Source: Podarcis gaigeae
Lineage: Eukaryota
Assembly (NCBI GenBank): GCA_964106915.2
Contig: OZ066916.1
Reading direction: 5' to 3' (one strand)
Length of the DNA: 64,000 bases
Below the pieces are notes generated by a model. The model did no database searches. It saw only the letters and a list, made by a program, of their open reading frames with translations, and was not told the DNA's origin. Positions 1 to 11,936 of the stretch are shown one piece after another (positions within the stretch are counted from its first letter, which is position 1; each line of letters opens with the position of its first letter). The position numbers and the translations under genes were made by a program.

Positions 1-1771
1 TGAATTTTGTTCATGTTCTCTTGAACACTATTGTTGATTCACTGCCTGTACATTACTGTACTATCTACAAGGGCATATTAGATGATGAAAATACAGGATA
101 CTGTGTAGGCAACATTCTGCTCTGGATGTGGAATCAGGTCAATGCCTGACTGATAGTGTTGTGTACAACAGGAGATGTTGCTCATCCATTTACTGTGGTA
201 CTAGGCAAAATGCCTTGGGATTTTGAGGCTCTGATTCAGCTCAAGTTAGTGGAACAAGGTAATCCCACAATGAAAGCCTTCTCTGAGCATTCAAATAAAA
301 CACGAGGGGTGGGGATAATATGTGTAGGGGGAGTGGGGCTGAGTGTGTTACCCTGACCCAAAGTACAAAGGCATGTACCAGCTCCACCAGCTCTACTCTG
401 ACTCTTGGTGTTTAGCAGGAAGGTCAGAAAGAAAAATCTGCTTAGATGCCTCCCTATGATCAGTAGCCCTGTGTGATCAGGGCTCCTCATTGCAGTGACG
501 ATTTCAAGTTAGTTCAGCTGAACACATGGACAATCTGCTGCCAGACCTTCTATCCAATTGACAATATTCTGAAACTGAAGACTGCAAAGACAGGGATGGT
601 AGGTGTGGGGCTAGCATGTGCCGCTCTACTCATCCCACAACATCAAGTGAATTCATTAAGTGAATTCTGAGCTTCCCTTAAGTCCCACTGTTGTTAAATC
701 AGACAGGTAGTCACAACCAAACGGCTTCCATTTATTAGGTTTAGTAAGAGAGAAAATGAGCTATCTTGAAGGACAGCATGGCTCTTTGGTTAAACCCATT
801 TCTGATGGCTGGCATGCAGTGTAGAAGGGCGCCATTATTCATTCTGTGTTGCCTTCTCCCACAGATGGCTGCTGCTGCCAACACAGCTGGAATGCTGTTA
901 ACACTCCAGACCAGGGGTCAGCAAACTGTTTTAACAGGGAGCCGGTCCACTGTCCCTCAGACCTTGTCAGGAGCTGGACTATATTTTGAAAAAAATATGA
1001 ACGAATTCCTATGCCCCACAAATAACCCAGAGATGCACTTTAAATAAAAGCACACATTCTACTCATGTAAAAACACACTGATTCCCACAATGATTCCCAC
1101 GGGCTGGATTTAGAAGGCGATTGGGCTGGATCCGGTCCCCAGGCCTTAGTTTGCCTACCCACGCTTGGGAGGGTATGGGAGGAGGTGCTTGCTGGATTGG
1201 TGGAGTTCTGGGCAAAAGGGTGGGGTTTGTCATCAGACAGGATGTAGAGGGTATGAGGAATAAAATCTGAGCCAGAGAAGAATGTGGGGTCATTATCCTC
1301 TTATCTGAAGGTCACCACTTAAGCTTTTTGTTCCATGTTGACCTTCAGAGGCTTTTACAGAGGAACACAGAAAGAAAGGGAACCTTGCATTTGTTGAAAG
1401 CTATTGTCTGTGAGTTCAAGCATTTGCTCTAATAGTGAACTCTGGTGGTGGGTGCTGACAGGGCTGGAGCCAAAATAGGAGACCAAAAAAAGGAAATATC
1501 AACATGCTCCAGAGAGCATTAGTGAAATGTTTTCTTTTTAAAACAAATCAATGAAAAGAGCCTAAAGCCCAAAACAGTGCAATGAAAACTCAACAGCAGC
1601 CACAGAAAATAGAGTTTCCATTGGAAAATGAAAATAGAAAACTGAAGAGCACGAGCTCTTCAGTTTTGCCTTGAAAGAGGGCATGACTGTCTTCTGGAAC
1701 CAGGCACAGGAGCACTCTTGTTGGTGGGTGAAGCTGAGGATAGGGAAGAAATGTGCTTAATTCATTCTTCC

Positions 1772-1917
1772 CAGTGCTTTTTTTCTAAAAAAATAAAATA
1801 AAAATGTTTAGGGGTTTTCTCATTTTCCTGCTCATATTGAAATACCACCCCTCAATGAGGCCAAACTAAGATTCACAAAACGTTTAGGGGTATGCATCGC
1901 CCCAGAAAAAAGCACTG
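1772..1917. mobile_element. hAT-type MITE (CAGTGCTTTTT...AAAAAGCACTG termini)
   Basis: Terminal inverted repeats, with a perfect 8-bp TSD ATTCTTCC at 1764-1771 and 1918-1925. Confidence 0.85.
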
Positions 1918-2129
1918 ATTCTTCCTGAAATGAAATGCTTCCTGAGATTGTAGCAGTAAGCACCCCCTCAGTCCCAATAAAGCAGGGTTGGAGAATCTGT
2001 GACCTTCTACATATTAGGGTTATCTGTGGCTCTCATCATGCCCAGAATGGCCAATGGTCAGGAATGATGGTAGTTATGGTCCAACAACATCAAGGAAGCA
2101 CTGTTTCTCTACTTCTGCTATTAGGGTTA

Positions 2130-2220
2130 AGGCTGAATTTCTATTCAAACATCCCAGGGAGTAAATCCCATTGAACTCAGTGGGTCTTGCTTCTGAATTG
2201 GCATGCATAGAATTGTGCTA
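2130..2220. mobile_element. Short hairpin MITE (gagtaa.cccattgaactca.tggg family); similar copies near 7220-7300, 23725-23812, 23940-24030, 58370-58460 and 63775-63860
   Basis: Recurrent imperfect ~90-bp palindrome seen several times in the window. Confidence 0.55.
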
Positions 2221-2532
2221 TAAATGTGTAAAGAAGTGAGTTCCACTGGACACCATTGTTTCAAGAGCAAGCTACACAACTCCTTCCCACACAATTTTGC
2301 AGTCAGAGGATTGTGACGGGGGCAAGTCTTTCAGTACTTTAGGGGCTCCTGCAGCTGATAGGAAATCCTTGCCCAGTTTTACACAATTGCAGGGATTCAG
2401 TGAAGTTGTGGAGATATTCAGACATACTGAAAATCATTAATTCCAGAGAGATGGCTAATCATTAAATTGTAAACAGATTATTTCCTAAGGCAGGGAAGGT
2501 TTATCAATTACAGAGAGATTTACAGCAGATGT

Positions 2533-2594
2533 CCAGAGCTATTCAGCCAGATGGTGTGCACTTATCTGATCTTTGGGTAGACATGCATCTATAG
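2533..2594 (+). pseudogene. Decayed SGNH-hydrolase/esterase fragment of probable retroelement origin
   Basis: Translates PELF-(frameshift)-PDGVHLSDLWVDM. DGVH matches the SGNH block V DxxH motif. Confidence 0.4.
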
Positions 2595-3702
2595 AACACT
2601 CAGATTGGCCTTGAAGAGGTTTTTATGTCCAATGAGGTGTGGGATGTATGCTGCTGAGCTCAAGTATTGGCGGCTCTTGCAGAGGCATTTTCTTCATTCA
2701 GTCAGTCAACAAAGCCCCAGACATGAAAAATGGTTCAGCAATAGATATATACTGATTAGATTCTGGGAACCAAAAGGGCCCTGGTTTCAGAACAGGATGA
2801 CAGGTGATGGTGCAACTCCTGGCTTGCCTAGTGATATGAAGGCCACAGATCCCATGTGATGCAGGGAGAAGCAATATACAGAGTGTAATAAAAGCAATAG
2901 AACATCAGGTGGATTATGAAGCACTGAGTGGATTGGATAAATCAATGCATGAGAGAAACTGAATTTGATTACTCCAATTCTATTAAGAAAAGGCAATGGC
3001 CAAAGATAAGGCTTTCCAAACCACAGGGGCTTGGGGGTAAGTAAATGTTAGTTCCACAATTTACAGAGCCACCACTGAGAAAACTCTGTTTTATGTGCTT
3101 GCCTACCAAACTTATTTCTCCAGTGGGTACACAATAAGGTGAATCTAGAACCAGTTTACTCTAAGGATGACACTCTATCCCTTTTTAACATTTGCTACAG
3201 CTGCTGCTATTAATGGCATTATTCCCTCTGGAAAAAGACAATGATATTTCTTTAGCCATCATCTATAATGCTTATATTTAATGTGTCGGCAAAATTTCTA
3301 AAAGTGAATGTTCTCCCTTTGGTTTCTCATACACCTTTCTCTTCTACTTTGTGGACCTAAATAAATAAAAAAAATCAGATTAGGAAGAAAAAAGACATTT
3401 TAGTGACTTTTCCAGGCCTAAAACAATGCCTGCTCTGGTAAAAAAAAAAAAGGCATTCATTTTCATCCTTTAGAAGCTCCTAAAGCTTTAATCAAGGTTC
3501 ATTTGCCCCCTTCAAATTAAACTGTAGTCAGACACATTTTGCTTGAGTCTACATTCTACAGTTTTGCAGAGAATTATTTATCTGGCATGTAATAATTTAA
3601 GAACTACCAAAATCTTGACATTGTTCCAATAATGTGTCAATTAGGGAACACTTTTCATCCAGATTACAAAGGTTGGTCCAAGGTAGCTGCTGCTTTGTTA
3701 AG

Positions 3703-3882
3703 NNNNNNNNNNNNNNNNNNNNNNNNNNNNNNNNNNNNNNNNNNNNNNNNNNNNNNNNNNNNNNNNNNNNNNNNNNNNNNNNNNNNNNNNNNNNNNNNNN
3801 NNNNNNNNNNNNNNNNNNNNNNNNNNNNNNNNNNNNNNNNNNNNNNNNNNNNNNNNNNNNNNNNNNNNNNNNNNNNNNNNNN
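3703..3882. other. Assembly gap
   Basis: Run of N. Confidence 1.
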
Positions 3883-5663
3883 TCATGCCAATACTCCTGT
3901 TTCTTTGACACTGGCCTGTCTTGATTTTTGATCATTTAGACTTCAGATGATTTACTGGCAAATCAATATCAATACCAGATCTGCCGTATTCATATAACTG
4001 CGGTTAGGTTCAATTTGAGTGTATTTTGATTGAAATAAGTGCTGCTTGATTATCCTTTCAGATTTTGTAGAATAATCAGGTTGGGAAATGCAGTCTCAGA
4101 TCTTATTCAAAGGGAAATAATTAAAAAAAACTGAAGGAAGGAATGCTAAAGACATGGGACAACATTAGGGGTAACACTTCAGATCTCACTAATTAAGCAA
4201 ATTTGTCTGTAATCTCCTCAAGGCCTTCACCAATAGACTAATATTCTATTATCCATTAGCAAGGCCAATGAGGGCTTTGGCTAAACTTGTTAATAGGGAA
4301 ATCTGAGACAGTTTCTCTCATTATCCACCTGTCAGCACTGTCGCTGCCGTGCAAAACGGCCATCATCGTTCTGTTGGTCAGCTAACTAGGAACCAGGCTA
4401 CTGTAAAAGAAATAATCTACTGCTAATTGAAAATGACTGAAACATCCCCTTCTCAGCCACTTCCTCCTTCATATTTTGCAGAAATAGGAGTGGAGAGCCA
4501 AAGTTCAGTCTTTCTAATTAACACTCTACTTCTGGAGTAGAATCACTGACTTTGCTAAATACGCAAGAAAACGCCAGAAAATATGGATGACAATATCTTA
4601 CTGTTCCATTATACAGACTTCAGCAGTAGTTCTTTTATTGCTGATTTGGGGATGCTGTGCCTTGGACACAAGTTTGGAATGGCACTGTGTGTATATGCCA
4701 GCAAATTAATCCATAGTTGACTGGCATACTTAAAATGTGCTGAACTGAAGCTGTGTTGAATAGATATAACAGCTAAATTTATTGGGAAGGGTTTTCCTCT
4801 TAATATGTGATTCACTTTGCAAGTCTAAGAAAAGCAGCTATCAAATATTCACTTACTTAGGAGCAAACCAAGGCCACCATCCTAGCACTTCTTGTCTCAA
4901 AGCCCTCTATCAATTTATGGCTCTATGCAAGATCATACTTTTATATTCTTCATGCATGAAACCCACCCAATTCCATACAATCACCACGGTGGATTAGACT
5001 CTCTATATCATCTCTAACTTTTAAAGTCTGCATTTTAATAAGTAAGACACTGGTAAACACTCCCATCGGTGACCAAAAAATCCCTGTCTCTCCCCACAAA
5101 TCCCTGTCTCTGTGTAGGCTTGAACCATATGTTATCATTCATATATATAAAGTAGTAGTCACTGCTGAATTCATAGACATTTTTATGTGCTGGGTAATTT
5201 TAGCAACATGAGAAGTTACTGCAGAAATCAGAGACACTTTGTCCATCTGAACGTGTTCGTGTTCCATTACTCCAGTTCCCTCAGGGAAAAGTCTATTGTA
5301 AATCTTTCTGGAATGACCCCAGTGGTTCTGCCTTAGCATCATTACTTGCACAGACAGGTTTTTCTTAAAGAGACTTATTATTCCCATCATGGATGAGTGC
5401 TTCTATCTGTTCCAGCTTTGTTCTCTGTTCATTTCCATTTATGTTCCTCCCGTCCTATATTTTTGTGCTGACCTGAAGGCCAAACTACATGTTACCTAAC
5501 AGTGTTTGTTTGTTTTTAATTGAAAAGTAGCCTCAGGGAATCCAGTCCACAGTGAAAGAGTGGCATGGGAAAAGAGTTGCTTAACCCTTCCCCATCCTGC
5601 CATTTATTCACTCAAAATCACACCCTCCAGGCTGCTTTCTTTCCCAACAGATACTTAAGCGGC

Positions 5664-5809
5664 CAGTGGCATAGCGTGGGTTGTCAGCACCTGGGGCAAG
5701 GCAAGTAATTTGCGCCCCCTAACCTGTGGATTTGCACCCCCTAACCCTAACCCCCAGATGTTGCGCCCGGTGCGGCCGGCCCCCCTGCACCCCCCACGCT
5801 ACGCCACTG
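5664..5809. mobile_element. GC-rich hAT-type MITE
   Basis: TIRs CAGTGGCATAGCGTGGG / CCCACGCTACGCCACTG. No clear TSD. Confidence 0.7.
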
Positions 5810-6007
5810 CCCCTTGCCACTATTTACTCCCATTTCAAGTTCCAAGATTGTGCTCCGTTTCAGATCATAGTCATTGAAGGCTTCAAAGTCAGTATGGGGA
5901 CATCCAAAGTCCAACTGGTACTATGCTTCCATAGACTTTTCCCATTCATTTACTATTACTTCTCAACTTACTCTAACTCTTGAACAAGAACTACAAGACT
6001 ACTACCA

Positions 6008-6117
6008 ATATATGATGGCAGTGTTAAAATACATGCACTGGCTTCTTATCTGCTACTGGGCCAGGTTCAAGGTTCTAGTGCTAGTATACCAAGCCCTAAA
6101 CAACTTAGGCCCAGGAT
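6008..6117 (+). mobile_element. L2 LINE ORF2 C-terminal fragment
   Basis: Peptide VLKYMHWLLICYWARFKVLVLVYQALNNLGPG resembles the L2 motif LHWLP...FKVLVLxYKALNGLGP. Confidence 0.75.
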
Positions 6118-9100
6118 GATCACTAAGATCACTAAGAACACTACTAGTGGTCCCCATGGACCAGAAGCTGACTCATGTCAACGAGGTGTTGTGACTTCAG
6201 TATTGCAGGCCTATTGGCAGCCATGTGAACTGTAGCATGGTGACAACCATACAATTTTATTATATACAAATGAAGTTTTTCTTCAAGCAGTAAAATAAGA
6301 AGTGTTTTAATTAATTGTCTCCAAGCGACCAACTAATCAAATGCATTCCTTCTTTTTAAATCCTGTTGTAAAGGCCTAAATGCATGTTACATTAATGATG
6401 TGATTAGAATTCACATTATGAAGTTTTAAAAATTAGGGGAAAGTGGGGGTTATCATTGACACTGCAGTGTGTGAGGAGGGGAGGTTTAAGCTTCCTTTCC
6501 CTAGCAATGATCATGGTTAAAATAACCCCCTTCCCTGACATAGCAATTAGGAATAGGTAACATTTCTCCATGCAACCTCTCCCTCAGAATATTTGGACTC
6601 CTCAGTTTCACCATCCACCACAATGGCACCACAATGTATCCAGTTTTAATATTGTTGAATATTGGTGAAGGAAACAACAGACTTGATCCCAACTTCTTCC
6701 AGTCCTCCGCTCTTAGCCCATTTCTTTCTTCCTCCACCAATATAAACAAAAATTAGTTTCTTTCAACATTGAGTAAGCCAAAATTTCTCAGAAGAGAAAT
6801 TATGTAGAAAAACTGTTGCAGAATTTCATTTCCCTCTCCAAAATATTGGGCATTATTGCCTCCCTGATTTCACCACCCACAAATAGCACGGAGGCCAAGT
6901 CTCTTAGCCTTATTTTTCTCCACACATACCTCTAACGCTAACTGCTGATAGGTGGTGGGTTGATTTTTACCAAGATCATGGAAATCACTTCCCTGCTAGT
7001 TATTTTTAAAAACACACACATATGCCGTGATGTATTTGTTAATCACAGCTATAATGCAATGTGCAATTAGGCTTTAAGAGAACTGGCAACATTTTATAAT
7101 TGAAAACAAAAAATGTAGAATTATATGGGGTCCATGTCATCCTAAAGAGCAGGACTTATATTGTGCAACATTTTCTCTGCTCAGTTTCCAGCCAGCCACT
7201 GTTTGGCTCATTTATGTTTTATACATACACACTTTCCTGGGAGTAAGTCCCATTGAACTCAGTGAGACTTACTTCGGAGTAGACATGCATAGGACTGTAG
7301 TGTCAGCTGTTGATATTAATAACAAAGTAAAATATCTCAATTTGTAGTGTATGGGGGAAAATAGATACACGACTGAAATATTTTCTATCTGATAGTGACT
7401 TTGGGGCACTCTTTTTGTCTTTGTACTGTCACTGCATTTGATTTGCTGTCTGTACTCGATGTTCTGTGCCATTTTGTTACATATTAGGAAGGAGCAGTAA
7501 ATTGAAGTCAAGTCCTCATTGGAATGAAACTCCCATTTTAAGAAGGAATTCAGATCTATTCAGCTTGACCTTGGAACCTGAATTAAATCTTGAGAAATTC
7601 AACTTTCTCCAGGGAAGTGTGTAGGTTGTATGAGTTTTGGATATATTAAAAGTGTATAGAGCTATTGAACAGTATGTATGCCTGGAGGGTTAATTTCCAG
7701 TCTAAGGACAATGGGAAAATGCAAAGGCTTCACTTGAACCAATTTTCACTGACTTGCCAGCCCAATCCTATGCAGGTTTTCAGTTCAGTGGAATTTATTC
7801 CCAATAAAGTGTGCAAAGAATTGCAGCATATTTTGTTGTGCTTCAAAGAGACTCAAAACACTCTGACAAACCTTTTGTGCTGCTGTGCTAAATATGTTTG
7901 GTTTTTAAGTTAAATGGCGGTTTTCTGCCAAAAATATTCATGGCTCTGCAAATCTTCACCTTTTGTAAACTGTTCAGAACCATTGTTTCTTCTGATTGCT
8001 GCTACCTCAATGTGACATAGATAAGTAAATGTAGTTATTTGATTATTTCACTAAGCACAAGTATGGGCAATGAAGAGTGAGGGAAGTGAGGGCCATATTT
8101 ATTTTGAGAATACACTTTGAGCATGATTTTGAGAATAAAATAAAAAAAACTTCGAAAAAGTTTCATTTTCTGAAAATAGTGCTATCATCAAAATCATCTA
8201 AACTGTACCAGGTGCTGTACAAAAGTAAAGTTAACTGATTCTTGATTGCATGCTTACCATCTAAATGTTAAAAATGGGGTTTTGTCTATAGTGTTATTAG
8301 AAATTTCCCCCCTCAATATGGGTGAGGCAAAGGTAAGTAAGTACAAATACTACTTTTGAAGCTAAATATACTTTTAAGCACAGCACTCACAGTGGTTTTG
8401 AGCCTTTTGTGGCTGTATGGATATTGTTAAAATCAGACAGAAATCAGATACCAGGTTTAAAACTAAATGCACATTACACATTGGGCTTTGTTTGTGTGGA
8501 TTTTTTATGTATAGAGTTTGCTTTAATATGGGCTGTTATGTATTCTATAGGAATGCATATTTTTCTTCTCTGTTTGGGGATTATACAGTTAACTTGCTAT
8601 ACCTGACCTACCCTGAAGGCCATTGTGTATGTAAGAAATGGCATGTGTCTTGTCTGAGGGTGGGAAAATTAAAAGGCTCCAAGACTTCCCTTTGCCTGCA
8701 ACCTGCTGAGCAGAGCCTGCAGTGTAAAGTGGGCAGGTAGGCAGAGTCTAGATCTGCAAGTAGCTACAAGGGAGTATTTGAAAGCAGAACTGAGATATTA
8801 TTGGCTTTTGTAGGCCCCAGAGAGAAAGGCAACAAGAAATATGTGCTGAGATTTTGTAGAAAACAAAGGAGCATAAGATTCTAGCATTAGGGAATGTACA
8901 TAGTTAGCAATAGAGGGTTGCTTCTAACCCTTTATGTGTTCATTTGCTTCAGTAGAGATGCACTGCTTTTCTGCAACTTTTCATTGCAACAACTTTTTCT
9001 TAAAACTTCTTAATTTTAAGTAAACTTTATTGTTTCATAAGCCTGTTGTGATCTCATCTTATTTTAAACACCACCACACCTAGAAGGCATAAACTACGCT

Positions 9101-9319
9101 GCTTTGAGAAGCTTCAAGGAGACCTCAAGGCAGTGTTCAGACTGATGGCAGTCATGTAGAAACAATTTCCCTTTAACTGATGGCAGCAAGTTCTTTAAAA
9201 GGGAAGGGTGGACAGGGCAGAATGGTACACTGTGTTGTCTGGGAACTCCCTTGCCAAAGATGGCACAGTACCTAGGGTGGCTGGGATGTAGCCATCGCAT
9301 ACGTGAATGTAAAACCTAT

Positions 9320-10011
9320 GTTGTTGTTTAGTCATGTCCGACTCTTCATGACCCCATGGACCAGAGCACACCAGGCACTCCTGTCTTCCACTGCCTCCCG
9401 CAGTTTGGTCAAACTCATGTTAGTAGCTTCAAGAACACTGTCCAACCATCTTGTCCTCTGTTGTCCCCTTCTTCTTGTGCCATCAATCTTTCCCAACATC
9501 AGGGTCTTTTCCAGGGAGTCTTCTCTTCTTATGAGGTGGCCAAAATATTGGAGCCTCAGCTTCAGGATCTGTCCTTTCAGTGAGCACTCAGGGTTGATTT
9601 CCTTCAGAATGGATAGGTTTGATCTTCTTGCAGTCCATGGGACTCTCTAGAGTCTCCTTCAGCACCATAATTCAAAAGCATCAGTTCTTCAGCGATCAGC
9701 CTTCTTTATGATCCAGCTCTCACTTCCATAAATCACTACTGGGGAAACCATAGCTTTAACTATACGGACCTTTGTTGGCAAGGCAATGTCTCTGCTTTTT
9801 AAGATGCTGTCTAGGTTTGTCATTGCTTTTCTCCCAAGAAGCAGGCGTCTTTTAATTTCGTGACTGCTGTCGCCATCTGCAGTGATCATGGAACCCAAAA
9901 AGTAAAATCTCTCACTGCCTCCATTTCTTCCCCTACTATTTGCCAGGAGGTGATGGGACCAGTGGCCATGATCTTAGTGTTTTTGATGTTGAGCTTTAGA
10001 TCATATTTTGC
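9320..10011 (-). mobile_element. BovB (RTE clade) LINE, 5'-truncated
   Basis: Peptide GSMITADGDSSHEIKRRLLLGRKAM; (CAA)n tail; 11-bp TSD GTAAAACCTAT at 9309-9319 and 10012-10022. Reading frame is disrupted. Confidence 0.97.
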
Positions 10012-11416
10012 GTAAAACCTATATTGACTAGCATCTAGGAAGTATTGCAGTCAAAGTTTATATGCATGAGAAATGTAAGAAAACAATTACTGATAACAGC
10101 TTAAGTTAAATTACAGTCGTATGTGGGTAAGACAAAGCATTTCCATGTTTGCGTTTCCACTTGCATTTAACAGATTCTTCAGAATGGTAGGATGGGGTAA
10201 GTAAACATGCACTGGATTATGCTGCAATTTACTTAATGCATTAAAATATTACCACTGAAATCTTTGTTTCTGTAATCGAGGTAATCATCTTTATGGTCGA
10301 GTCTAGTGTTCACGGTGATGCTCAATAAACACCTGCCTACTGAGTATCCCAGCTCACAAGTTTTGCAGTAATCTTACAACCATATTGCAGGCAGACATGG
10401 TGGCTCTGAAAGGTAGCAAACTTAATTCTGCAGTGCCGCCTACAACACAAAAGCCGCCTTCCGAAACTTACCATCTGGAAACACCTGTTGGTCAAACCCC
10501 TTTGCTTTGAGAAATAAATGCTATTGTACATTTCAGGATGTTCAGTGGAACACCTGAGCCACTCTAATGATTAAGCAGCCCAGGACCTGCATAAGGAGTT
10601 AGCAATGTTGGGCAACTGCCAAGGTCCACACACCTGCAGGGGAGCCCACTGCTAACCCTAAAAGCCTCTTGGTGGGCAGCAGTGGCAGTGGCAAAAAGGA
10701 CTGCTCACAAAAGAGTGAGGACTAGTGGCTGGGGGGGAACTGCTTATAATGGCCACTCAAAGCATTCTAGGATCTGAGTAGTGCAAGAGGGCATAACTGA
10801 TTTACTTTTGTTGGTAGTAACAAGGCCAGCTCCAGCCTTGGTGTGGTGTAAGCTGTTTGATGCAAGGACTAAATGCTGTGGACCCAGTGACATAAAAACA
10901 AATACTTCTTTCTGAAAAGGACCTGCAGTTATTACCTGCAGTGCTGCAGCTTAACTTCATCCTATAGAATTGGGATGTCAATCCAGTGAAATTATATATT
11001 ACATTCATTAAATCCACAAGCTGAAAATCAATATGAAGCTAAAATGCTTGTTTGTAGAAGGAACTATTTTAACATGCTATTATGTGGCACATAACAACAA
11101 CAACAAAAGATGCTGACTTATCTGAGACTGTGCATTTTTTCAGAGACATATTTTCATATATACAGGCTTTCTTCTCTTTTCTGATATTCTGATAGTCTTT
11201 GGTCAGGCTTGTGGTGCTGTTGTTTTTTAGCTTTCCCAGAGTATTCTGGGAAAGCTGATATAAGCATTCTGAGGAAACTAATGTAGTGGTCTGTGTTGCT
11301 AGGACCTTAGCTGGTGCTTTGCTTTACAGCACACCAAACTCCTGTTGAAAATGCAGCAGCAGAGATCATACAGTGTGAAACTTAAGGGTTAATTCTACCA
11401 TCAGTAAGTCAACTTG

Positions 11417-11450
11417 CCAGGAGGGGGCAGTGGAGGTGTTGCATAGCAAC
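11417..11450 (+). promoter_or_regulatory. Candidate CTCF core motif followed by an RFX X-box
   Basis: CCAGGAGGGGGCAG at 11417-11430 and palindromic GTTGCATAGCAAC at 11438-11450. Confidence 0.5.
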
Positions 11451-11721
11451 CAGGGAAGGCGGCATGATCTTTACTGATAGACTAGTTGTGAGGGAGTCTT
11501 GTCCTGGAAATTTAGTGAACTCTTAACTCTGCTCTCAACAAGCCGTGTCAAAACAGCAAAACTTAATTATTAATTTTTCCTTTGTCACCAGCCTTTGCTT
11601 CAGTTTCTCAGACTCCCTTGCTGAGAAAGTTAGTTCAAGCACTGCCCTACATCTTCTACAGTGAGGGCAGATGCAAAGAATTCATTCAACTTTTCTGCAA
11701 TCTCTTTTTCTACCTTTAGTA

Positions 11722-11936
11722 CAGTGGTACCTCAGGTTACAGACACTTCAGGTTACAGACTTCGCTAACCCAGAAATAGTACCTTGGGTTAAGAACTTTG
11801 CTTCAGGATGAGAACAGAAACCGCGCAGCAGCGGCGGGAGGCCCCATTAGCTAAAGTGGTACCTCAGGTTAAGAACAGTTTCAGGTTAAGAACAAACCTC
11901 CAGGACGAATTAAGTTCTTAACCCCAGGTACCACTG
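11722..11936. mobile_element. Tc1/mariner (Tigger/pogo-like) MITE
   Basis: TIRs CAGTGGTACCT / AGGTACCACTG, TA target duplication on both sides, internal caggttaagaac repeats. Confidence 0.9.

Noticed and set aside
75-159. C/D-box snoRNA-like layout (ATGATGA at 82, CTGA at 150, 6-bp terminal stem)
   Set aside because: The stem has two G-U pairs, there is no recognisable guide or C'/D' box, and such a pattern is expected by chance in 64 kb.
3597-3935. ORFs spanning N runs (also at 13.5, 39.5 and 48.1 kb)
   Set aside because: Artefacts of assembly gaps.
5740-5753. Telomere-like ctaaccctaaccc (also ttagggtta near 63337)
   Set aside because: Only about two units; the first lies inside a MITE.
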